This document shows positions 1 to 14,000 of a DNA stretch of 35,773 nucleotides, piece after piece; the stretch's first letter is position 1, and each line of letters begins with the position of its first letter. Source of the DNA: Mesotaenium endlicherianum (Eukaryota); assembly GCA_009602735.1 (NCBI GenBank), contig WELA01002119.1, forward strand, positions 427,708 to 463,480. The letters are read 5' to 3'. Position numbers and translations under genes: made by a program. The notes beneath the pieces were generated by a model that saw nothing but the letters and a program-made list of their open reading frames with translations, had not been told where the DNA came from and did not search any database.

Positions 1-98
1 GGGGGGGGGGGGTTCAAATAAGGAGTATCATACGTCCAAGAGCATCGCAAATGAGAGAAGCCAATTCGGAAAGAGGTCGACATCCGACGCCTATGTAC

Positions 99-2154
99 CT
101 TGCGGGGAGGGGTGGTGAGGGCGGCAAAGTGGTGCTCCAGGTCGCGCAAGGCTGCGCTGGCGCCAGCTGGCAGTCGCAGGCCCTCCTCCTTAGGTAGGAA
201 ACCTTGCTCGCCCCCGGAGGCCTCCTCCATGGCTGCCAGAGCGTGCACGCTGGCCTCCACGGCATAGTGCATGTGGAGGAGCTCCATGTCCCACTGCCTG
301 CCACGTGTCCCCGCGACATGAGCACCCCCATTGCCACCCACAGAGCAGGACAGTCGACTGCTGGGCGAGAGAGCAGAAAGAGCTTGTGTGTGTGCGTGTG
401 GTGTGCGTGTGCGCGCGCGCGCGAGTCTGGACTGCTGGGACGAGTGACTGAGAGTACAAAGAAACAAGCCCCCAACTTACGCCGGCCGTGATGAATCTTC
501 AGGTATGCAACGTACCTGCCAAGTGGCAAGGCTGGTGCCTACTCTCCAGTTTATGACACAGGCGCTTGTTTAACAGGCACTACTCTTGGGAGAGTGTCAG
601 AGTGTTTCGTGCAGGCTATGTGCAGGTGCCACCAGCAGAAGGAAACCAGGTACTATCTGCCCGCCATAGAGACACTATCACAACTAAGAGACTGACAGGT
701 AGTACCTGCGGGCGGCAGCGTCCCGCTCGCTGCCAAGTGGCTGCCTGCTGACCAACGCAAGCGCGTCCTCGGGGCGGACCTCAGGCAGCACGTCAAATAG
801 CACCTGCGCAGCGCCGCCCACTCCACCCCACAGAATAGAGGTGCGGAGCATGGTGGGCCTTCTCACACCTGCTTGCTTGCTTGTTGTTCCTTTCAGTCGT
901 TCCATTTTTCTTATCCACTTGCCAGCATCCCAGAAGGGCAAGTCAGGCCAAGCAGAGTGTTTGAGAAGTTGATTTCCGGCAAGCGGCTCTGGCAAGGCAC
1001 ATTCTGTAAGCTGGCAGCATACGGAGGAAAGAAGAGCAAGAACAAGGAGAAGGAGGAGGAAAACAAGAAGAAGAGGACGACATGAGCAAGCCTCGGAATA
1101 GCTTCCTTGTCAGCAGCACGACCAGTCGGCAGCGGCTGTGGGCAGCAGTGCACGGCTGAGAAAGGTCACAAAGTCTCCCATCATAGTAAAGTAACATAGT
1201 AAAGGAGTGAAAAACATAAAAGAGTGGAAAAAATGGATGTATATAGGAACATGGAAGACATGCGGGCAAGAACACTGTCAGAAGAGAAGAGCCAGGATGG
1301 AGCCTGTTCACGATAGAGCATGCGCGTGCACGAGGGGGCTTGGACATTCTGGGTGACAAAGGGTGCCCAGGATCGTCTCTGCCAAGTCATCCACGTGGCA
1401 AGCTACGGGCCTGCTACGTGGACATCTCGGAAGCTCTTCTGAATCTTCCATGTATTAGACAGCTGACCCATCACCCCCAAGCTGCCATCTTTCCCGTATG
1501 TAAGTAAGAGCACACCACTCGCATGCAATGAGGGGCAGGGCAAGCGTGGGTTGACGGGAGAAAGTAACACAAGCTCTGGATTGTGAGGCGTGTGTGGCCT
1601 GCTAGTGTGGGCGGTTGTTACGAGCAAGTGTGAACACAGCGTGGTGCAAGCTGGCAATGAGAGCCAGTGCGAATGCGGCGCATGCGTGGGTTGTTGACCA
1701 GAGCAGAGTACGAATGTGGTGTGAGTTGGCGACTAGAGCAAGCGCGACCGTGGAAAAGGGGGGGGGTCAGTCAACGGGAGCAAGTGCAGAAAGGGGGCTG
1801 GGTCGTCAGGGGGAGCAAGTGTGAACGCTCACCCGAATGGGCGACTGGATGGCCAGGCGCTCAAGCGCCAGCTTGGCGACAAACTCCTGCCCGCCCTGCC
1901 CCGCGCTCTGCCTGGCCTGCTGCGCACTCGCACTCTCCGACTCGTGGCCGCGACGGGGGTGCTCTGCGGCGCCGGGTGGCGTGATCGAGGCTTGGGCGGC
2001 AAAGAGCGCCACTTCCAGGCGGTACGCCAGCTGTTTGCAGAGGTGCTCTATGCTCGACATCTGGCACAAGCAGACGCAGGCATCCACAGGCATCCACAGG
2101 CACGAGCATCATGTTTCTGTCCTCCCTCCGAGGCACTTCAAAGGTGCACGCGCG

Positions 2155-2191
<37 letters not shown>

Positions 2192-2886
2192 GCACGTGCG
2201 CACACACGCACACGCACACACGCACACACGCACACCCACACACGCACACACGCACACATGCACACACGCATACACCACACGCATATACACACCAGCGCAG
2301 ACACAACACACGCGCACAAGCAGACACACCCACCAAGCACACATGGGCATACAAAGGAAAAGCAATTAAAAGGAGAAAGTACTGGCAGCAAGAGATGAGC
2401 ATAGCCCGCGTGGCGCTTCTGTTGTGCTGGCCCCCGTCACAGGGCTGAGCTGGCCCGGCAGCGGGAGCTTCAAAGAAGATCACAAACAATTATGACGGGC
2501 AGACATGTCCTGGTCTTCCACTCTCATAAGGCAACCGAAAGCCTGCAGCGCGTCAAGCAATGAAGTTTGGCCCAAGCCAGAAGCTCAAGCTGACAAGTGG
2601 CGGCACTCGACGATCTTGCTCAGCATGTTGTAACAGTCACCTACCTCCTGTGCGGGAGGGTTGCTGCTCCAGTCATGCTCGCCGGGCACGGCAGCCATGG
2701 CCGGAGCTTCGGGATCTGGAGCCCCTGCTGAGTCGAGCTGAGGGGCGTGCCAGAGATGAGCCAGGAGGAGCTGGCGCGCTGACGTGTCGCCAGGGAAGTG
2801 GTCCCACCCCATTGCTGCCACCAGAGGCCTCAGCTTAGGGGCGATGGCCAGCACCTGGCAGTGGACGTGTATCAACCGCACAAGAT

Positions 2887-2922
<36 letters not shown>

Positions 2923-5900
2923 TAGGATGAGGCTCACCGTCTGTATCAACAAAGAAAGCTCAGCCGCGCCAGCAGATCTGCATGCATGCTCTAAGTGTCG
3001 CGTGAGCCCTCAACAAAAGCCACATGCCTATACACAGTTTCACAACAGGGCGCGCGCAGGGGGTGGAGGCATTGAGGATAGCTGACAGCACCGCAGGGAA
3101 AAAGCTTCTGGCTTCAATGGCGAGTGCCGAAACAGCAGCACTTCTCTGCCAGCAATGAAGCTGGCCAAGGGCGTGCATGCATGCATGCATGCATGCATGC
3201 GGACGTGCGTGCTCTCGAGGAAGCGCAAAAAAAAGAGAGCTATCGACAAAGCTGTGCAGGGGCGGGTGGGCAGGCGGGGGGCTGTGCGCGCGTGTGTGTG
3301 CGATTGAGGAGTTATGGACATGTGCCATGAAGGCCGCGCCAGTGGGCAGGCGTGCGAGACGCGTGAGGACGGGACTTATGCAAGGATGACCTATAGGAGC
3401 AAAGGGGGTCCACTGCTTCATTTGACCGAGTGTCTGAGTGAGCTGCTTCTTTGGTTCATGCGATATTCGTCAGAGGGGTGCTGCACACGCGTGCCACCAC
3501 ATGGTTGACGCTGAACTTTGTTCGATGAATTGGATGCGAGGGGGAAGCAAGGGGCAGGGACGAAGGACGACGGAGACAGAGACTTGCACAGGACAGCCGC
3601 GGAAAGTGGGCAGGCAGCAAAAAAACGGGCAGACGTCACTCCGCTCCAAATATCTGTCACCCTTATCTCCCTGTTCTCATATTTAATGAATTGGACAACT
3701 GCTCGCGCGCACTCAAGCAAGGGACAGGCGAGCGTGACTCACGTCGGCTGCTTTCTGGAAGTTCCTCTCGGCCACGGCCGTCAGGGAGTCGTCAATGGCG
3801 CAGGCTAAGGCGTGCCGCCGCGTGATGCGCGCATAGTGGAACATCTCTCGCTTGCACCTCTCTATGGCCGCCTCCGCCTCCACCTCCGTCTCCCCCTCCG
3901 CCTCTGTGTCTATCTCGTCATCCCCCTCTGCCTCCCCCTCCCCCTCCTTCTCATTGCCTCTCTCCCCTTGATCTTCTCCCGGGCCAAGGGCCGTCTGATC
4001 TGGAGCGTGGGCTTGCACACTCTCTCGCCCGAGAGCGTGCGACTCTGCGTGCACGTCCGTAGGCGTTGCTGGTGCGGTGACAGCTGTCGCCCCCCTCAGG
4101 CGCTGCAGCGTGGCGTGCAGGCGCTCCAGGGGGGGGGCAGCTCCTCTGCGCCCCTCGGGCTCGGGCGACAGAGAAGGAGAAAAAGAAGAAGCAAAAGTAG
4201 AAGCGACAGCCTCCTCTGCTTCCTCGCGAACTCTCTCGTCCTCCACCTCCTGCACGCCCAATGCCAGGAAGCGTCACTTATCTCGCTCGTGTTAAACCCA
4301 AACCCTGTTCCCTACCCTATCCCCTGGCCCCCAGCCTGGTTAGGAATTCAAGGATCCCAAACCTGTGACACCTCATACGCACTGACGAAGCATGTGCCTG
4401 CAGTAGAGACTCTCGCGTTATATTTCCTGCAACAACTCGCTCCTGCTTCGTTACGATGCAGCCCTCCGTGTGAACTGAATTGCCAACACGCTAGCGGACA
4501 CAAAACCCTATAAAGCCCTCAACGTAGGGGCCTGCAGCCCAGCCACCAAGCTCACCGCCCCACCACCGCCATCACCACCATCACCGCCGCCACCACAGCC
4601 CTCCCAGCGACCATCCAGTAATAAGGGCGTGCAGAGAGGGGAAAGGGGAGAGACAGAGGACGAACATCAGCCATGGATTCTCAGAAGAGCAGCGGTCTGG
4701 GGAGGCATGACTATGGGAAATGGCTTAGGGTTTCTGACTTAGGGTTTGACATTGTGCGTTTGCCTGCGGCTCACCTCCTGCAGCTGGAGGAGCCGCGCTC
4801 GGCCGGAGGCGAGCACTCCTTGGTGGGCCTTCACGCGCAGGGCCTGTGCCCCCTCCCTGCCGTGGTGTGGCGCTGCGGCCGCTGCCAGTGCTAATTCCTT
4901 CAGCAAGGGCCTGCGCATGCGAGAGGCAGTTGGGAATAAGCAGGGAAGGTGTTGACCGGTTGGCCACACGTCCATAGCCCTCTTTCTATCGGATGTGATG
5001 GGTTCTGTGGAGCTGCATCTGCCATGTGCTGAGCGCAGAATGTGGAGCGCATATCGTGGAATGCCTTCACCTCGGATTTATCAGCCTTCGCACCTCTACC
5101 TTGAGAGGAAGGGAGGGAGGAAGGGAGTGAGGGAGGGAGGAGCTTTCTTTGCTTCCTCGCAAGGACAGACGACAGGCGCCAACATGCCAAGGGGCACACA
5201 CACACACACACACGCACACATGCACACACGCACACATGCGCTCATGCACAGCCGCACACTCAAACACACCCGCACACACATACAAGTCCTCACGTCCTCT
5301 GCGCGGCGCCGACTGGTCATTGCCGCATGCACCAAGAGTGCAACTATCTCAAGGAGCCCCGTGGAAGGGATGACTGCTGCCCCTCTCTACACTCATGAAG
5401 AGAGTCTCACTAGATGACAAGTGGAACACCACACATGTGGCCGGCCACCCTGGCTGACCAGGCACCTCGTGCTACACGCCTGGCAATGAGAAGGGACTGA
5501 AAAGCCATGGAGCACACGCAGACCTACAATCGCCCGCGCTGCCACCAGCCACACTCCCCTCTGCCCTGAAATATTGTGGGGGCAGGAGCCTTCACCTTTC
5601 GCATACAAGTACGAAGGCCAGGAAAGCGCGTGAGCACATGTGTGTGCACGCGCGCGCGCGTGTGTGTGTGTGTGGTTGTGGTGGTGGTTTTTTTTTTGGG
5701 GGAGGGGGGGTGTGCGTGCGCGTGTGCACGCGCGCATGACATGCCAGATAGTGTAACATACAGCTCCTCTTACGTGCACCAGCACTAGGGCCTTGGGAAG
5801 CAGCTTTCCCCAGACTCCAGCGAGTTTCCCTGCTAAAGAGTGGGTGGTTCTCCCTGTGGAGGGTGCTCCACTTTGCTGAGGCTCTCCTGACCCTTCGTGT

Positions 5901-7482
5901 CCTTGCCAGGTTCCCACAGCCCGACGGCAGTACTGTAGGTGCAGGTTGCAGGGTGCAGGGCGGAGGGTGGTGGCTCCCACCGGTACATGGAGTCGTCGTT
6001 GCCGCAAAACTCTTCATTCAAGAACCGCAGGCTCTCGCAAGCCTCGGCCGCCCGCCCGGCGCGCACGAGAGCCAGAGCTTCGTCCACGTGAGCCGCCTGG
6101 ATTGCCCTCAGCAAGGGGGGGGCTGCCAGAGAGCGTTGCCTCTGCTGCGCGTTTGTGCTTGTGCTAGCGCCAGTGCTGCTCCTGCTGCTGGTGGCCCTCA
6201 TGCTGCTGCAGCTAGCGCTAGTGCTGCTGCTGGTGGTGGGTGCTGAGGAGGCACTGAGGTGGCGCCTGTAGCTCAAGTGCTGACTGTGCTCGTCAGCTGG
6301 AGCCCTCCATGCCCCTCCCACAGCACTCGGGCTCTCCGGATACGCGAGAAGCTTGGGGGGTGCCACCTGTCCTGCACCTTGCGAGCTGGCCTCTCGGAGC
6401 TTGTCCTGCTCTGGCCTTGTCACTGCTGGCAAGTCCCCGAGGGGGTCCCTTGGGGATGGGGATTGAGAATCTGCTGGCAGCTCGATTTGCAACAGGGGTG
6501 GGGGAGCATTGTGCGCAGCTCCAGACGGGGGTGGAGAACGTGCCAGCTGTCTGCTTACGTTTTCACAGATGGCATGGAAGAGCTCTGGCCTTGCCCTGAC
6601 GGCCCTTTGCAGGGCTGCCACCAGCACTGGTTCGTTTTCTAGAGTGGCCCATCCCCCTCTAGACGGTGCAGATGTTTCGTTCTCTAAACGGGGTGCATTC
6701 TCCCTGTGGGAGCTGTGATCTGGCAGGTGAGTAGCTGCTGCTGCTGCAGGAGCACCAGGAGCAGCAGCAGCAGGCAGTGGCTGAGGCGGCTGCAGGCCCT
6801 GCAGACCCCATGCCCTTCTATCGCTCAAGGTTTCCACGAGCCGCACTAAGGCAGCAGCCTCTGTTTGTCCTGAATTGTTCGGCTGGCCTGCTTCACTTTC
6901 ATTCACGCCCTCGATGGTGGATACGTCCTGTGAGTGTGAGGTGGAGTCTGCTGCCAATTGAGGTTCAGTTGTGTGCCGCTGATTAGCAGGGCTCCCTTCA
7001 TCCTCGGGCTGCGTGTGCTGGGGAGCTCCCACAGCCTCACCACCCCTCTCCTCTTGCACACCCTCTGAGCCTGCCCCAGTCACTCGGCCATGTGCTACAT
7101 CCACGGCACGTCCGTCGTCTCCTTGTGTGACGCTCTCTTGTAACACTCCACTGTGAGCTTTGACATTCAACTTATTAAGCAACACTGCTAGGAGAAGGTT
7201 ATATTCAGCAGTGTCAATCAGTGCAGGTTCAGCTTGCCCCCCGAGTGAGATGTACTCTCCAAGGCACAGCCATACCTGGTGCGCAGCTGATGGAACTGAT
7301 TCAGAATATATAACACCGGGCAAGTCACCATCACTAGATATTATAGTGCGCAGGATTTCTTGAGCAGATTCTGGTTCCAGCCTGTGCAAGTCCCTCAAAG
7401 CTGCCCGAGCTAGCTCGAATTGAGACAAGTAGATGTAGTTTGCAACCAAGCGAGACAAGGTTTCTGCTTCGGATGTCGCCAT
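99..7482 (-). CDS. ZFYVE26: ZFYVE26/spastizin (SPG15)-like protein, 5' part, 7 exons; gene continues beyond the left window edge
   Basis: Exons read manually, all GT-AG with consistent phases: 7482-5981, 4910-4775, 4249-3743, 2854-2645, 2060-1833, 803-706, 297-99. Peptides MATSEAETLSRLVANYIYLSQFE, CKREMFHYARI, PKLRPLVAAMGWD, SIEHLCKQLAYRLE, LERLAIQSPIR|VLFDVLP, DMELLHMHYAVEA and LRDLEHHFAALTTPPRK match, in order, my recollection of plant ZFYVE26 N-terminal blocks (e.g. ETEILSRLAANHLHLAQFE, LRPLVASMGWD, LERLSAQSPLRVLFDVVP). Exon 1 may hide small in-frame introns. Confidence 0.85.
2146..2345. repeat. Compound (CG)n/(CA)n microsatellite in ZFYVE26 intron
   Basis: GCGCGC...CACACA tracts. Similar tracts occur at 385-423, 2886-2920, 5194-5282, 5626-5735, 13109-13212, 17010-17300, 19770-19886, 21960-22058, 23420-23497 and 24295-24484. 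Confidence 0.9.
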
Positions 7483-8334
7483 CAGTTCACTTTCTCGTAC
7501 CCTGCCTAAACGATGGTCAAAAATTACATCATTTCACAGAGGACACGTAAATCAAAACCCCTCTTAGAACGCTGGAAATAGAAAGCTCTCACAGGTACTC
7601 GTCGTTGAAAATATAATCACTTGCGTCTTGCAGACTTAATTAGTGCAAGGCATGCAAGCCAAAATAACAGTGACCTTCTGAACAAAAAAACTACCTTCGC
7701 TTTCTCATTGCTGAGATAGATAGGAAAATTTCATACGCTCTCGTCCTCTTCGCCTCTTCGTCTCTTCGTGCAATTTGTTTTCGTCCATTTCTGAACCAAC
7801 ATCTCCTCTCGTAGTTCCATAGTCCTCTTAAATTTTGCAGTGCCGAAGGGGAGCTAAGAGTAAAGAAAGAAGCAGTAAAGAAGGGGTTGACCTGCTTTTG
7901 TAATTGCTTTCTACAACTTTCTACTGTTTTGACCATCTTTGACATTCTTTGACCACCTTCTACTCCGTTGTTAACGTAGACTGTCGTGGGCCGACATTAA
8001 TCAAGGTACACTATGTTGACTACATCAACAGGGCACTTTGAGAGTGCAAACAAACTTTGACTTCCTTTGACCGTGTTCAAGTTCAAAAAGGTCCAGAACC
8101 CGCAAACGTGTGTAATGGTGACACCAGTCTATTTCCTCTGTGTGTCTGGACCTGGAGAGGAATTGTGAGGTTATGCATCCCGGGCGCCGAAACCCTTGAA
8201 AGCACTGAACCTCCTCGTAAGAAGCTCTCTTTTCAGGGAAGGGTTGCTGTTTCCACAACGAAGGACAAGTCCGGAGTGGCCAGTGAACCCGCTGTGCTGA
8301 GGAGAGAGTCTCCTCGGCTGCTTAGTCTGCAGCC
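7483..8334. promoter_or_regulatory. Divergent promoter/5'UTR region shared by ZFYVE26-like gene and RPS27A
   Basis: 852-bp AT-richer interval between two divergent ATGs. It contains a site-II-like TGGGCC near 7987. Confidence 0.55.
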
Positions 8335-9166
<832 letters not shown>

Positions 9167-11061
9167 TGTGTATATGATGGATTGTCCAGTTGACACAGAT
9201 TGTTGAGACCTCCATGGAAGGATTTGATATATATATTTTGCCGTTTTGGCACAAACAATATGATCTATCTTCCACACCGATTTGTGCAGTCTTACGTTGC
9301 TCGCATTGCTTCCTCTTTTGAAGGGGTCATTTGGCTGTCGGATTGGGATGAGGTGCTATTCTAATTGTGGCTATTCAGTATGGGCTCTCTCTGGTGAGAA
9401 AAAGAAAACAAATGCTAGATGGGGAATGCTTTGGTGTGTCCATGAAAAAGGAGGTTTAAGGAAGATGTGGGGGCAGAGCCTTGCATCGCTAGTGAAAGTC
9501 CACACTGGTGACTTGGGGTGTAAGGTTTGGAAGAAGCTGTCGGTCACTTTCCTTTGCATCTTTGTCACTCTTTTATGGAGGTAGAGTATGAAAGGCAAAT
9601 GTCTATCACATAGCTAACACAAATATGGCATAAGTACACATCTGTGAAGATGAAGCTGTGCAGCTCAAGTTGTGATGGGTGTTGCTTGTTTGAAGGTGCT
9701 ACTATGAGGGAGATGGCAGGCTGTCAGTAGACATCCTCAAGTGTTGTTTACGAAAGTCATTTGTTGTGTATCTATATCACGCGCACACTGTCGCGCACAC
9801 TGTCTCTTCTGGAAAAGAATTGCATGTGTCGGGAAATAAGTGATTGTGAATTCAGATTGACATGCTTGGTCCAACATATCTTTGTAACTACTGTAGCTAG
9901 ATGGTATCAATTGCTTGTTGAATGCTGAAATGGAAGCCTACCAGTGCTACATACAGGGCACTAGAGGGCCGAAACATCTGAGACGAGGGCTCCAATCCTG
10001 AGGAGTTGATTCAGCTTCTCTGTAGTGCCAAAATTGCTGTTTAAAGTTTTTTGACGTCAAGAATGTGTTGTTGCACAATGGCACAAAGACATGGTCAATT
10101 TGCTGGGATAGAAGTTTGCTGGTGTGCGTAGGGTATTTCAAATTGCTATCATCTTGAAGGATCATGTGTAGTAGGAATCAAGTATAGTTCATGCTTGTTG
10201 ATGGGCATAGTGAAATTCTGCCCATGCCTCATTGAGCTCCCATTTGTCGAGCATGAATTGGTGCAAATAAATCTTTCCCTGCACTTCACATTTTGTACCA
10301 GTCAAGTCTTGCTGTGGTCATATATACCATGATCCATCCCGCACAGGGAAGAGGTTGGATTCTTAGCCATAGTCCACTATTTTCATTTTTTCCAAGCCAT
10401 TACTTCTAGTGTTATGATTTCTCTATGTATTGTTTTCTTATATATGTAGTATGTCGACTCATGCATAGGACTGGTGCACAGTCCAGATGTTTCGATTCTC
10501 ATTATGAATATGGTTATCTGTGGTGCACAGTTCAAATGCTTGCGTTCTCATTATACATAAACGGGTTGTATTCTGTTTCCAGAGTCACTAAATTAAGTAA
10601 ATCCTGTGAGAACATAGTTCCATCTAAATCTAACCTTGGAGTGGTCAACACCTAATGTGCACACAACAAATCCGAGCAAAAACCCGCAAGACCCCTTAGT
10701 TTTCTCTGAGAATGCCCTCAATATTACAAAATTGTCCGAAAAAGGACACCTCGGGTTGCACTACGGGTTGGAATTACTCTCCATTGAAATTTCTCCAGGA
10801 AACGTACCTAGCTGTAGGAACTATCTCAAAATGCCACTGGATACCAACAGTGGGGATTGAACTGCTTCTTGCACTCGCGAGTGGTTCTATCACAAAGACC
10901 ACCTGCCCTACTTGAACCTACACCTGACCTGATTTTATTAACTTGAGTTGTCTGTACTACGAAAGTGTGTTGCGCTGTACACAGTGACATATTAAGATTA
11001 CCTCATGCTAAGCTTGATGTAGGCTCTTGGTTTTTCCCACTAGGATAATATACCTTGCTGC

Positions 11062-14000
11062 TTAAAATTCGACTGTGAATCGACTTAGTTGTGATTCAGC
11101 CTCTTTCCAATCTTTCTGAGCCTTCTTCCGCCGATAAAATATTGGACAATCTCGGCTGCACAATCCGAACATAACAAATATAGAATGCATAAATGAGTCA
11201 GCGAACAGACAAGCAAGTGGTGAAGGCAATACCAGCACTGCTACAGAACTGGCACAGCGAGTACTCAGTATGCTCTCTCTCTCAACCTATTAGTTTGCCG
11301 TAACTGCCGTAACTGCCGTAACTGCCTCCCTCAGTGGTGCGCGCAACATAGGAGCCCGATGGGGTTGGACACCTAGAAGTTCATAGAAACGCATGCACAC
11401 ACCATCTTAGACTCGGCAGAATCGATCATGAACAGAGCCATATAAGGTCTTGCAAGGGAGAAAGAGAGAGCGAGAGTGTGAACTTGGCCTGAACTTCTCC
11501 AGGGCATATCTTAGTCTCAGAAGGACTCTAGGCGGATCATCGAGCATCTTACGAGGAAAAAAAACAGAAACGCGAGTGTGAACGAGGCCTGACCTGGTGC
11601 AGAGCACATCCTGGTGCAAGCTGCCCTGGCAGCGCTGGCACTCCCTCCACAGCCGGTTGAAGGACTCCTCCACGACTGCCACTGCAGGCCCACACCAGGC
11701 GGCACCAGTCAGTCTCTCAAATGGGTAGGACAGAGGTACGGGAAGTAGGAAGCCACCGGGAACCGGTAGGACAGAGCGATTCGGTAGGACTCTTGGCCCG
11801 CAAAAATAAACACTATGTCAAACACCAGAAGGGAGGCTCATAAACCCTACCCACAGTCTCGTATAAGTCGACCTGCGAATAGAAAGTCCCACCCAATCCG
11901 GGATCCCATACAGTCACTTCACGTCGGCCCTGGCACTGACATGTGTCATGCGGCAGAGCTGCCAAGGGGGAGGCGCATGCGCCGGTCGCTCCTCGCAAAG
12001 AGCTGGAGGCTCGGGTGTAACAGCACTTACCATGGCTGCCAACGTCCGCAGCATGCTGGCATGCAAGCTCAACCGAACCTATCTCTTTTGGCGAGCTCTT
12101 GCACTTCTGCGTGGAAATACGCATGTGCGTGCAGGGTGTGCGCGTGCGTGCAACTGCGGACTCTCGACAGATGAGAAGACGGCAGGAACTGGAGACGCAA
12201 ACATCATCAGGCAGGCAGGCGCTGCTGTGGTGCGCGTTCTTGGAAGAACCGAGACACAGGGGCAACAGTGCCGGCGAGGCTATTGAAAGCAAGAATGATG
12301 CTGATAATGTGTTGTCGGTTGTTATGTGCCAACTATAGTGTGTCAGGCAGCAAGCATCAATGCAGGCACTACTCCGCTGTAGCAGCCCACAAATAGAGTG
12401 ACAAGTGTTGACCTGGGAAGCAGCCCAGCAGAGCAGAGCACAGGTGGCTAGCTGATAGAGACCAAGGTAGGCCCCTGAGAGCTCCAGTCCCCTGAGAGCT
12501 CGAGCCTCTTTTGCGCTCCCCATCATCGACCGAGTGCACGCAAAGGCCCTCTCAGAGCACAGCCACCCAGCCCAGCTGCACCTGCGAGGGGAGTAAGAGG
12601 GGGGGTAACGCTAGTGCGAGGTGTAACGCGAGTGAGAGGGGGGTGGCACGAGTGAGAGGGGGGTGACGCGAGTGATGCTCACCATTGTGCACGGACCGCA
12701 TGTACAGATCGTCCTCGCGCGCTTCGCAGTCCTTGCACACTGTCTTGGAAGCATCGCTGCAGGCCCCCATTCACACTCACACACACCGGCACTCTCAGCT
12801 CACTGAAGAAGAGGAGGGTGAGAATTGGGGGGGGGAGAGAGGGGGGTGCTGAATTTGCTGCCCGGTTCAGGCGGACAACAGATGGAAGAACAGAGGAAGG
12901 GAGAGGCTGGCCAGCTGCTCCGACTTTTCCTCCCTCTCAGCTGGCCAGCCAGCCAGCCAGCTCCCTTGCATCCTCGTCCGACTCTGAGGTGCGCTCGCAC
13001 ACACGTGTCGCGTATGTGGGCGAACAAAGCGTGTGCGCTATGCAGCTCGCAAGTCTTGGTGCATTGTTGTTGCCATGATCTGTCTTCGCCATCATAGGGA
13101 GAGAAAAGTGTGCACGCGTGCGCGCGTGTGCGTGTGCGTGTGTGTGTGTGTATGCACATGTGCAAGCGGACACGTGCGTGCGTGTGCGTGCGTCTGTGCG
13201 CGAGCGCGTGTGAGCTGGCCCTCTCACCTGAGGGGCGTCTTGCAGGCCAGGCAGAGGAGCTTCACTTTGGCAAAGCGCATGAGGCCGCCCGTGGACGGCG
13301 TGAGGATGGACACGGCGCGCGTGTGGTCCCCGTGCAGCAGCTCCCGGCTCGCGTTCTTCAGGATCGGCCCGAATATTCGCAGCAATGGCTGCCGTCCGTC
13401 CGTCCGTCCGTCCGTCCATCCACCCCCAACATTCATCCCGGCTGGTGTCACTTCCTCTGATGCGTGGATTGTTCGTTCGTCTTCTACGTATATACATATG
13501 TAGACACATATGTTTGTTCACTTATACATGTATTGTATTCATGGTGCAGAGTTGGTGTGTTCTTTGGCTGCGGCTTGCTTTGTTTTGCCTCAGGGGCTTG
13601 ATGGTAATACTATTTTGATCACGTTCCCCCCAAATTCCCGTTTCATCTGGCCAGCCCTCATGATGGGCGTGCGACAGCAGCCCGCGGCCCATACAAAGAG
13701 CCCTTCCTTTTCTCCTGCGCCTCCAAACAGCTCGCAAGCAGAGCGGCCGGGGATGCATGCATGAAGATGAACACACATGAACAAGTTATTTGTATTCCCG
13801 GCATTCACACAAGCACACACAAGGAGTACACAATCACCCACGTGAGTATCTGCCCATATACGTGTGTCCATAGATCTGCATGTATGCACACGCATGACTT
13901 GCTTGACGCGCCCCCCATGATCAAAGTTTTGCGCGGCACGACAGAATCTCACCGATGGCAAACAAGGTTTCTGCGCCGCGGGCTGACTCGACAGCGGGCA

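Noticed and set aside
1821..2489. His/Thr- or Cys/Val-rich ORFs (also 5067-5742, 13033-13503, 16681-17522, 24013-24669)
   Set aside because: Translations of (CA)n/(TG)n microsatellites in introns, not metal-binding proteins.
9167..11061. Short ORFs and possible ncRNA in the convergent intergenic region
   Set aside because: No recognisable protein motif, tRNA cloverleaf or snoRNA box arrangement could be supported; probably 3'UTRs.
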